A DNA stretch of 45,511 bases from Chiloscyllium plagiosum (Eukaryota). The DNA lies in NCBI RefSeq assembly GCF_004010195.1, contig NC_057753.1:8403309-8448819 (forward strand), written 5' to 3'. This document shows, piece after piece, positions 36,012 to 45,511 of this stretch (its first letter is position 1; each line of letters opens with the position of its first letter). Below the pieces are notes generated by a model. The model made no database searches. It worked only from the letters and a program-made list of their open reading frames with translations, and was not told the DNA's origin. Both the position numbers and the translations under genes were made by a program.

Positions 36012-38147
36012 TCCCTTTTCCTCTTGTCTAGTCGCACGATTTCTCCTGTCAAGTACGGTTCACGAATCTTGCTTTACCTATCCCTTGTAACCTAGTTTTG
36101 AAAGCCTCCCACATATCAAATGTGAACTTTCCTTCAACTAGCTGTGTCCAATCCACATTTCCCAGCTCGTGCCCAATTTTCATATCGTTGGCCTTGGCCC
36201 AGTTTAGTACTCTACCTTAGGACCACTCTCATCTTTGTGTATGAGTTACCTAAAACTTACAGAATTGTGGTCAGTATTCCCAAATAAATCCTCCACTGCA
36301 ACTTCTACCACCTGGGCTGTCTTGTTGGCCAACACCAGGTCCAACATGGCCCCGTCCCTTGCTGGGCTATTGACGTACTGCTGGATTCCTGGATGCTTCT
36401 TACCAATTCAGCCCCATCCAGACCTCTGACAGATAGTGTATTCCAGTCAGCGTTGAGAAAATTAAGATCTCCCATCACCACCACTCTTTTGCCCCTATAT
36501 CTTCCCATAATATGTTCACTATTTGTTCTTCTACTTCACGCTGACTGATGGGAGTCTGTAATACAGCCTCAACAATGTAACTGCATGCTACTTATTTCTC
36601 AGCTCCACCCATAATCCCTCACTACTCAAGCCTTCCATAGTGTCCTCCTTTAGCACAGCCGTGATATCATCCCTGACCAACAATGCAACTCCTCCCCCTT
36701 TTACTTCTCTCCGTGTCCTGTCTGAAGCGTTATATCCTGAAGCATTTAGCTGCCATGCGTGCCTTTCCTTAAAACCAAGTCTCCGTGATTTCAATAACGT
36801 CATACTCCCAGGCACAAATCCAAGCCCTCGGTTAATCTGTTTTATCAAATATATTCCTTGCATTAAAGAGTATGCAGTCCAGGTCGCTAATTCCTTTGCG
36901 TTAATTTGCTCTCTGCCTACTCTTCCCCTTGGTAATGCTAACTTCGTGATCCTCACAGTCTCCAATTTCCACCTCAATGTCTAGTAGTCTTCTCTTCTGG
37001 TTCACAGCTCCTTGCCACATTAGTTTAAAGCCTCCCCAACAGCAGTAGCAAAATGTCCCCCAAGGACATTTGTTCCAGTCTGGTTCAGGTGTAGACCGTC
37101 CAAATTCTAATAGCCTCAAATTCCCCAGAACCGGTCCCAAAGACCCACAAATCTGAACCACATCCTCGTACACCATTCCTCAAGCCACGTGTTCATCCTG
37201 CCTATTCTTTAATTTCTACCCTGGCTAGAACGTGGCACCAGTAGCAATCCCGAGATCACTACATTTGAGGACCTCCTCTTTAACCTCTCTCCTAGCTCCC
37301 TGAATTCGGCTTTCAGGACCTGTCTCCTTTTTACTTCCATCATTGATGCCAATGTGCACCATGGCAACTGGCTGTTCACCCTTCCCTTTCAGAATGCTCT
37401 GCAGCCAATTGCAATGTCCCTGAAACGAGCACCTGGGAGGCATCAGACCATCAGGGAGTCTCGATTTCGGCCACAGAACCACCTATCTCCCCCCTTACAG
37501 TAAAATCACCTATGAGAATGGCCCTACGAGTCTTTTTCTCGCCTTTCTGAACACTGCCCACCATGGTGCCGTGACCCTAGCAACTGCTGCCCTCCCTTAG
37601 TGAGCCATCTCTCCCAACAGTATCCAAAATGGTATACCTGTTTTGGAGGGAGATGAGCGCAGGGGACACCTGCACTGCCTTCCTACTCTTTCTCTGCATT
37701 TTGATCACTCATTCACTGTCTCCTTCAGCAATTCTAACCTGCGGTGTGTCCAATTCACTGTTTGTGCTACCCAGGACCTCGTGAGCATCGCGGATGCTCC
37801 ACAGTGAGTCCACCCACAGGTCCAGAGCCGTCATGCAGTCAAACAAAAGCTGCAGTTGGACACACTTCTTGCAAGTGTGAGAGTCAGGGACGTCAGCCAG
37901 TTGCCTGTGCTCCCAAATTAGGCAAACGGCACATGCCACGTGTCTGATCTCCCCTACCATTGTAAGCCTTATCTTTGACACAGATAACTAATACCAAACA
38001 ATGCACTTGAATATATTAAAGAAAATAAAGAAAAAAAGTGTTCCTTACAGAGTCATTTTTCTTCTGGTTAGAGGAGGGTGGGCGGGAGGGAAATACTACA
38101 CGTGTAGCATCTCAGTTTTAGCCACTGCCCAAATTTAGACTAAGTCC

Positions 38148-38333
38148 TTACCTTTCTGGCAACCTCCTTGTCTCCAGCATCACCTCCGGTCTGTCTCCCG
38201 CTGTTCCCGAACAGGAAAAAGGCCACGGGCTTCTGAGGTAAGAATTTATACTGTTCTGTTACCTTCCCGTCAACCTCCTTCCCTCCAATGTCACCTCCGT
38301 TCTATCTCCCGCTGTTCCAGGACAGGAAAAAGG
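38148..38333 (-). repeat. Two tandem monomers (111-bp period) in the CR1 5' UTR
   Basis: ttacctt..caacctcctt..tcacctccg.tct.tctcccgctgttcc..acaggaaaaagg starts at 38148 and at 38259. Confidence 0.8.
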
Positions 38334-38354
38334 ATCTTGAATGAATTCTGACCC

Positions 38355-38555
38355 TGCACGATGCTAGTACAGACTTTAGGATTGCTTCTTCACAACACCA
38401 GAAACCCAGGTTCGATTTCAACACGACTGCTTGTTTGGGTGGAGAGTTCACATTCTCCTCGTGGCTGCGTGGGTATCCTACCACATTCTAACAATGTGGT
38501 AGGATCAGCCGTGCTAACTTATCCATTGTGGCTAGGGATGTGCAACCTCAAACAA
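38355..38555 (+). mobile_element. Degraded V-SINE (HE1-like), 5' part
   Basis: B-box ggttcgattt, then V-domain-like gtggagagttcacattctcctcgtggctgcgtgggt. Confidence 0.7.
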
Positions 38556-38589
38556 TAGGTTTTATGTTTGGAAAAAATCATTTGTGCAA

Positions 38590-39027
38590 TGACCAGCATT
38601 GTTGCTCAGTGGTTAGTGTTTTCGTCTCATAGTGCCAGGAATCTGAGTGCGACTCCACTTTGGGCGATGGACTGCCTAGCATTTGAATGCTCTGTCTGTG
38701 TCTGCGTGGTTTTCCTCCAGGTGCTTTGGTTTCCTCCTACAGTTCAAAGATATGCAAGTTAGTTGGATTGGTTTTGCTAAATTGGCCATACTGTTCAGGC
38801 ATGTGCAGGCTAGGTGGGTTAGCAATGGGCAATGCAGGGTTACAGGCATAGGACGGGAAATGTTCTGGGTTGGATGGCCTTACAAAGGTCGGTGTGGACC
38901 TTTTGGTCTGAATGACCTGTTAGCGAGTTTTGAAGGGACCTGTAGCTCAAGTTGAGGTTCTGGGTGTAGGTTTGCTCACTGAGCTGGAAGATGAATGGTC
39001 TGTTTCCACAATGTAGGGATTCTATGA
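38590..39027 (+). mobile_element. HE1-type V-SINE (tRNA head, V domain, CR1-derived 3' tail)
   Basis: A box ttgctcagtgg, V domain gtctgcgtggttttcctccaggtgctttggtttcctcctacagttcaaagat, and tail gggattctatga. Confidence 0.88.
38922..38990 (-). mobile_element. 70-bp Penelope pLTR terminal fragment inserted in the SINE tail
   Basis: gggtgtaggtttgctcactgagctggaag matches 44941-44969. Flanked by tgaatgacctgtt and tgaatggtctgtt. Confidence 0.7.
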
Positions 39028-39029
39028 AA

Positions 39030-39469
39030 GAAAGGGGCATTGCCAGTTCTGTCAGCTCAGTTTCTCGTTGTTTTAGTTTTAACAAGTAATCAGTTTTTTG
39101 AGACTGCTGGCCAAATAAACAGCTCCATGCTGATTTTCCCACTCTGACATATCTCCTGTCAGAACCTGTCTTATTTCCTTCTACCTTTTTTTTTTGCCAC
39201 GTTTAAGGGGATATAGCAAGTATTAGAAGCAACGTCATTAAGTTGCAGTAGAGTCGATTCGGTTTTCGAATAGTTACGTTACTCGAAATTCGGTTTTAGT
39301 TTGTTCATGGATAAATGAATTCTGCTATTTTAAGAAAAAAGTCTGAGAGTTTGGGCCAGCTGCATCAGTCCTTTCTGTATCCATTATACCTGTTTCGAAC
39401 AACTAGAAAAGTAAGGGTCCAGGCTACTTTTTTGAAATTTTTGGAGGGCGTCTGGCCTTGTCAATAACA
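39030..39469 (+). mobile_element. Probable LTR 3' part
   Basis: Ends ggcgtctggccttgtcaATAACA, similar to the LTR end at 7510. The left end was not found. Confidence 0.4.
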
Positions 39470-41285
39470 CTTTTATTGACTGGTATGCAAGGACGTCCAA
39501 ATCCTTTCGATCTTCACATCTTGCAATCGATTACAGTTTCAGTTCACCTCAACCTTCTGTTTTCCACAGAGTCTATCTTCACATTTACCTTCACAGTAGC
39601 ATTGTTTTCATTACTTTTAATACCATTTCCCTATTCTGAGGTAAGACTTCAATTTCCAATTCCAGTTACTCCTTTGAATGACGGAATGGATTACTATTAG
39701 TTACTTGATTTCAAAGGCATGCTTCTTCTCAGCATGCCAATAATTTCTTCCTTTCAAATTACACTGTTGTACCGACCTGTAAAATTAATCTGATGCCCAT
39801 TTAACCTTCACCTTTTCATTATTATCCATGTGCATGTCCGATGCCCATTTAAATACCCTTCACGTCGGCGAACTTACTACTGCTGCACGCAGGCCATTCC
39901 AAGCCCCTACTACTCTCTGAGTAATGAAGACATCCCTGATATCTGTTCTAACTCTGTCACCCTTCAATTTAAAACTATGCCCACTCGTGTTACCTTTCAC
40001 CATCTGAGGCAAAAGGCTCCCACTGTCCACCCTATCTAACCATCTAATTATCGTATATGTCTCAATTAAGTCACTTCTCAACCTGCTTCTCTCCAACGAA
40101 AACAACCTCAGTTCCCTTAGTCTTTCCTCGTAAGACCTTCCTTCCATGCAGGCAACATCTCAGTAAATCTCCTCTGAACCCTTTCCATAGCGTCCACATC
40201 CTTCCCATAATGCAGTGACCAATACTGTATAAAATATTCCAGGTATGGCCTGAGGCGAGTGTTTTCACCAGCTGAAGCATGAACTCCTAGCTCCGAAACT
40301 CAATGCCACACCAATAAACGCCAATGCACCATATTACTTCTTAACAACCCTATCAAACTGTGTGGAAATTTTCAGGGATTTATGCACCTGGACATCGAGC
40401 TCTCTCTTTTTATCTACACTGACAAACATTTTACCATTAGCCGAGTACTCTGCATTCTTATTTCTTCTTCTGAAGTAAACAAACCTCACACTTTTCTTCA
40501 TTAAACTCAATTTGCCACTTCTCAGCCCAGCCCTGCAACTTATCTCGGTCTCCCAGTAACCCACAACATCTTTTGCCACTATCCACAACTCTGCCTATCT
40601 TAGTGTCATCCGCAAATTTACTACCATCCTCCTACGACCACACATAGATCAGTTGCAAAAAATGACAAATAGCAGTGACCCCAAAACAGATCCTTGCAGC
40701 ACAACACTGGTAACTGAGATCCAGAATGAACATTTCCCATCAACCACCACCCGCTGTTCTCCTTTACCTATCCAATTTCTGATCCAAATGCTAAATCACC
40801 TTCAAAGCTGGAACTCTGTATTTTGTGAAATAACTTACCGTGGGGTACCTTAGCAAATACCTTACTGAAATCCATATTCACCACATTAACCGCTTTACCT
40901 TCATCCACCTGTTTTTTCACCTTCTTAAAGAACTCAATAAGGTGAGTTAAGCGCGACCTACCCTTCACAAATCCGTGTTGACTATCCCTAATCAACTTAT
41001 TTTTTCCCAGATGATTATGAATGCTATCACTTATAAACTTTTCCAACAGCTTCCCCACACCCGAAGTAAACCTCACTGGTCTTCAATTATCAGGATTTTC
41101 CTAACTCCCCTTCTTAAACAAGGGAACAACATTTGCTATCCTCCAGCCTTCTGACACTACTACTGTCGGCAATGATGACTTTAAAATCCAAGGAGAAAGT
41201 GAGGACTGCAGATGCTGGAGTACCAGAGTTGAAAAATGTGGTGCTGGAAAAGCACAGCAGGCCAGGCAGCAGCCGAGGAGCAGGA

Positions 41286-41323
41286 GAATCGACGTTTCGG
41301 GCATAAGCCCTTCTTCAGGAATG
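41286..41323 (-). ncRNA. Minimal hammerhead ribozyme motif, intact core
   Basis: Reverse strand cattc-CTGAAGA-A-GGGC(TTAT)GCCC-GAAAC-GTC-gattc. The partner copy at 42228-42265 has GAAA changed to AAAA. Confidence 0.7.
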
Positions 41324-41358
41324 AGGCTGGTGTGCCAAGCGGGCTGAGATAAAAGATA

Positions 41359-42012
41359 NNNNNNNNNNNNNNNNNNNNNNNNNNNNNNNNNNNNNNNNNN
41401 NNNNNNNNNNNNNNNNNNNNNNNNNNNNNNNNNNNNNNNNNNNNNNNNNNNNNNNNNNNNNNNNNNNNNNNNNNNNNNNNNNNNNNNNNNNNNNNNNNNN
41501 NNNNNNNNNNNNNNNNNNNNNNNNNNNNNNNNNNNNNNNNNNNNNNNNNNNNNNNNNNNNNNNNNNNNNNNNNNNNNNNNNNNNNNNNNNNNNNNNNNNN
41601 NNNNNNNNNNNNNNNNNNNNNNNNNNNNNNNNNNNNNNNNNNNNNNNNNNNNNNNNNNNNNNNNNNNNNNNNNNNNNNNNNNNNNNNNNNNNNNNNNNNN
41701 NNNNNNNNNNNNNNNNNNNNNNNNNNNNNNNNNNNNNNNNNNNNNNNNNNNNNNNNNNNNNNNNNNNNNNNNNNNNNNNNNNNNNNNNNNNNNNNNNNNN
41801 NNNNNNNNNNNNNNNNNNNNNNNNNNNNNNNNNNNNNNNNNNNNNNNNNNNNNNNNNNNNNNNNNNNNNNNNNNNNNNNNNNNNNNNNNNNNNNNNNNNN
41901 NNNNNNNNNNNNNNNNNNNNNNNNNNNNNNNNNNNNNNNNNNNNNNNNNNNNNNNNNNNNNNNNNNNNNNNNNNNNNNNNNNNNNNNNNNNNNNNNNNNN
42001 NNNNNNNNNNNN
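41359..42012. other. Assembly gap (654 N)
   Basis: Run of N between the inverted arms. Confidence 1.
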
Positions 42013-42860
42013 TTTCCCCTCCCCCCACCTTGTCTCAGTCCCAACCCTTGGACTCAGCACCGCCTTCTTGACCTGCAATCTTCTTCCCAACGTCTCCGCC
42101 CCCACACCCTCTCCAGCCTATCACCCTCACCCTCACCCTCACCTCCTTCCAGCTATCGTATTCCCGGCGCCCCTCCCCTAAATTCCCTCCCCCACCTTTT
42201 TTCTCAGCCCGCTTTGCACACCAGCCTCATTCCTGAAGAAGGGCTTATGCCCAAAACGTCGATTCTCCTGCTCCTCGGATGCTGCTTGGCCTGCTCTGTT
42301 TTTCCAGCACCATATTTTTAAAATCCAAGGCAAAGGCTCTGCAATCTATTCCCTGGCTTCCCAGAGAATCCGAGGATAAATCCTATTAGGCCCAGGGGTC
42401 ATATTTATTTGCACATCTTCCACAATTACTAAAAGTCCCTCTTTGTCAACTGCAATCCCATCTAATCTAGTGATCTTAATCTCCTTATTCTCACTAACAT
42501 TGCCATTTTCCAATGTGAATACTGACGAACAAACATTGATTAGGTGCTTCCCCTATATCCTTAGATGCCACGTGCAACTTCCCACTTCTGTCGTTGTTTG
42601 GCCCTAATCTTCCTCTGGTCATCTTTTATTCCTGATATACCTATAGAGCCGTTAGGGTTTTCCTTGATCCTATCTGCCAACGTCTTCTCATATCCCCCCT
42701 GATTCTTCTTAGCACTCACTTTAGTTCTTTCCTGGCTAACTTATAACTCTCACGCCCCCTAATGGAGCCTTCACGCCTCGTCCTCATATAATTCTTGTTA
42801 TTTCACTTTACAAGAGCTTCAACTTCTTTAGTAAATTATGGCTTGCTCTCTCGACAACGA

Positions 42861-43193
42861 CCTCCCTTCCTGATAGGTATATAATTATCAACGACACGAA
42901 GTAGTGGCTCCTTTAATGAGCTCCACATTTCAAGTTCCACATTCATCCCATGCAGTATCCTTCCCCATCCTATGCATCCTAAATCTTGCATAATTGCATC
43001 ATAATTGCCTTTCAATCAGTTATACGTCCCTCCCTTCCTGATAGGTATATAATTATCAACGACACGAAGTAGTGGCTCCTTTAATGAGCTCCACATTTCA
43101 AGTTCCACATTCATCCCATGCAGTATCCTTCCCCATCCTATGCATCCTAAATCTTGCATAATTGCATCATAATTGCCTTTCAATCAGTTATAC
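42861..43193. repeat. Perfect 165-bp tandem duplication (period 168)
   Basis: 42861-43025 is identical to 43029-43193, separated by GTC. Confidence 0.95.
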
Positions 43194-44049
43194 CTCTTTC
43201 CATGCGGTATAGACCGACCCCTGTCCATTGTTATTGTAAACATAACCGAATTGTGATCACTATCGCCAAAGTGCTCACTTACCTCCAAATCGAACATGTG
43301 GATGGGTTCATTTCCCAGTATAAAATCCAATATGGCGTTGGCCTGACCATATATTGTGTCAGAAAACTCTCTTGCACATATTGAACAAAAACTGACCCAT
43401 CTAAACTACTTGACCTGCAGTATTCCCAATATTGAGGAAGTTAATGTTCCCTATAGCAACTACCCTGTTACTCTTGTTGCTATCGAGAATCATCTTTGCT
43501 ATCCCTGGAACAATTTGGAGACATATAGAAACGTCGCAACAGGGTGATCTCGCCTTTCCAGTTTCTAACTTCAGCCGAAATTACCTCGGTGGATGAGTAC
43601 ACAAACGTTATCTCAACTGCTGTAATATTACCCTTGATTAAAAATGCAACACCCCAATCCTCTTTTTCCATCTTCTCTGTTCTTGCTGAAACAATGGCGG
43701 AAGGATATTGTGGAATTGACTATGTTTCTGTGCGTCAATTGTCAAACTGTTATCGGAATGCAACTTAATTTCTTCTTTGTAATTACCACTGCTTTGTCTT
43801 TAAGGTACCACATTGTGATAATGGCGAGTACGCTAGTTTTTTGAGGTACAGATATTGTCAATGACAGAATAAATGTCGCAATCAATTGACAGAATTTACC
43901 TGCTGAATATGTTCTGGCGTTACGAAATGAATCTGTCCATTTCAGGACAGTTATGGGCAGCAAGTGGTTACCAGATAAAATTAATGTTTTTTGTCCTGAA
44001 GCCGGTTCTTCAAGCTTACTTGGACAGACTGGGCTAACTGGGATTATAG

Positions 44050-44445
44050 CCATTGGAATTTAGAGCAATGGGGAGGGATCTTATAGAAACATACAAAATG
44101 ATGACGTCCATACGTCGGATTAAAGTAGACAGGATGTTTTCACTGGTGGGTGAAACTACAACAAGAGGGAACAGCCTCAAAATTGGGGCGAGCAGGTTTA
44201 GGACTGAAGTGAGAAGGAACTTGTTTGACCAAAGGGGTGTAAATGCATGGAACTCCTTTCCCTGCAAAGTAGTTGAGACTTCCTCGTTTTTTTTTAAACG
44301 AAGATACATAATATTTGAACAGTGAAGGGATTAAGGATTATGGTGAGAGGGCGGGTAAGTGGACCTGAGGCTATGAAAAATCAGCCATGAGCTTATTGAA
44401 TGGCGGACCAGGCTCGAGGACCAGATGGTCTCCTCCTAGTTTTTA
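44050..44445 (+). mobile_element. CR1 3' fragment
   Basis: ORF 44053-44325: DLIETYKM..FRTEVRRNLFDQRGVNAWNSFP. Confidence 0.88.
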
Positions 44446-44937
44446 AATTCTTAGGTATGTTCAGCTACTTGTTCACTGTTCCTCATACATATAAATTTAT
44501 GACTGAGGGAAGTGGGAACTCAATCATTGATTAGCAACCCACAAATTATACAATTGATTTTAGCTTTTTTATTTTCTCCACAGCGAATGAAGCTCGAATA
44601 TTGGCAGCATCGCTCACATCAAAGCGATGGTGCTCTTACTTGAAATATTAGCGACATCACAAACTTGACCAGTTCCCTTAATTTCGCACCTCATACAGGG
44701 AGTATTCGTCAGAATTGCAAGCCTTACACTTTATGAAGTGCAGAGCTAAGTTTACAATGACAACACATAATTGAAATTGTTGTTGAATAATGGAATGGCA
44801 ATTGAATTCCTTCTGAGAATGTTTGTGAACACACTGATTGTCGTGTTCTCTGCCTGCCACAAATCTCGTAATTTGCTCAGAAGCAGTTGAAACACATCTT
44901 TATTGCGAAATAATTTATGGTTAATATTAATTTCCAT

Positions 44938-45279
44938 TTTGGATGTAGGTTTGCCCGCTGAGCTGAAAGGTTCATATCCAGACGTTTCATTACCTTACTA
45001 GGTAACATCCTGAGTGGACTTCATACGAAGCAGTGCTGAAACTTCCTGCTTTCTATTTATATGTTTGGGTTTCTTTGGATTGGTGATGTCATTTCCTTTG
45101 ATGATGTTATTTCCTGCGATGAAGTCACTTCCTATTCCTTTACTCAGGGGGTGGTAGATGGGTTCTAACTCGATGTGTTTTTTGATAGAGTTCTGGTTGG
45201 AATGTCATGCTTCTAGGAATCTCTTTGTGAATCTCTTTGTTTGACTTGTCCTAGGATGGATGTATTGTCACAGTCGAAG
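44938..45279 (-). mobile_element. Penelope-like element 3' end (GIY-YIG C-terminus + pLTR; hammerhead with G5C change at 44976-45019)
   Basis: Reverse strand FDCDNTSILGQVKQR..FLEA*HSNQNSI..HIELEPIYHPL, and gtcca-CTCAGGA-T-GTTACCT(AGTA)AGGTAAT-GAAAC-GTC-tggat. Confidence 0.88.
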
Positions 45280-45511
45280 AGGAGGAAAACAACAACAAAC
45301 TGCCATTTCTAGATGTCACAGTAGAGCGAACATCCAATGGGGAACTTCAAACCAGCGTCTACAGAAAACAACACATACAGACCAAATATTGAACTACAGA
45401 AGCAATCATCCCAACACCCACAAACGAAGCTGCATCAGAACATTAATTCAACGAGCCAATACACACTGCACAAAGGAACTATGCAGAGCAGAGGAAAATC
45501 ACCTATACAGT
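45280..45511 (+). mobile_element. Penelope-like RT C-terminal region, inverted relative to the adjacent arm; runs off the window
   Basis: EENNNKLPFLDVTVERTSNGELQTSVYRK/THTDQILNYRSNHPNTHKRSCIRTLIQRANTHC. Confidence 0.9.

Larger units (their letters stand above)
34865..38335 (-). mobile_element. CR1 5' portion: 5' UTR repeats, ORF1 (zinc finger + SGNH esterase), ORF2 endonuclease and RT N-terminus; 3' end missing
   Basis: ORF1: CAVCLIWE..CKKC, ILIGDF (GDS motif decayed), VHIGIND, DGLHLNQTG. ORF2: GGGVALLVRD, VMGDLNF, DKSPGPDG, YRPVSL. Confidence 0.93.
41194..42316. mobile_element. Penelope insertion with inverted pLTR arms and 14-bp target duplication; centre lies in an N gap
   Basis: 41236-41358 is the reverse complement of about 42197-42316. 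TTTAAAATCCAAGG occurs at 41180-41193 and 42317-42330. The host CR1 reads through once the insertion is removed. Confidence 0.92.
39780..43690 (-). mobile_element. CR1 ORF2 (endonuclease to C-terminus), interrupted by a Penelope insertion and a tandem duplication
   Basis: WGVAFLIK (43480-43671), WRIANVVPLFKKG, DSQHGFVKGRS..DFSKVF (40768-41076) and SYEERL..TQRVVGAWN (39860-40147). Confidence 0.92.

Noticed and set aside
41101..42105. Long ORFs containing X (also 32130-32760)
   Set aside because: Artefacts of reading through N gaps.
1..45511. CRISPR arrays, rRNA, operons or prokaryotic defence/retron systems suggested by the many RT fragments
   Set aside because: The sequence is eukaryotic. 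All RT motifs belong to CR1, RTE or Penelope retrotransposons, and no regularly spaced repeat-spacer array is present.

Overview
This is vertebrate genomic DNA, very probably from a cartilaginous fish (shark). The basis is the repeat content: CR1/HER1-type LINEs with an SGNH-esterase ORF1, HE1/V-SINEs and Penelope-like elements. The species cannot be fixed from sequence alone. Most of the window is transposon debris: many CR1 copies, one RTE fragment, three probable LTRs, SINEs and GA microsatellites. One host gene is recognisable, a two-exon minus-strand rhodopsin-class GPCR of the GPR139/GPR142-like type. Exon 1 is at 29999-29819, an 18.4-kb phase-1 intron follows, and exon 2 is at 11377-10469. 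The gene is intact except for a single +1 frameshift at 11262-11265. Its intron holds a decayed C2H2 zinc-finger exon, and a tRNA-Lys(TTT) pseudogene lies near the left end. The most notable non-coding structure is a set of Penelope pseudo-LTR ends carrying minimal hammerhead ribozyme motifs, three of them with intact cores. Several of these insertions are self-complementary, with 3' ends facing outward, and are bounded by 12-15 bp target duplications. Two N gaps are present. TE boundaries were estimated by eye and are approximate.
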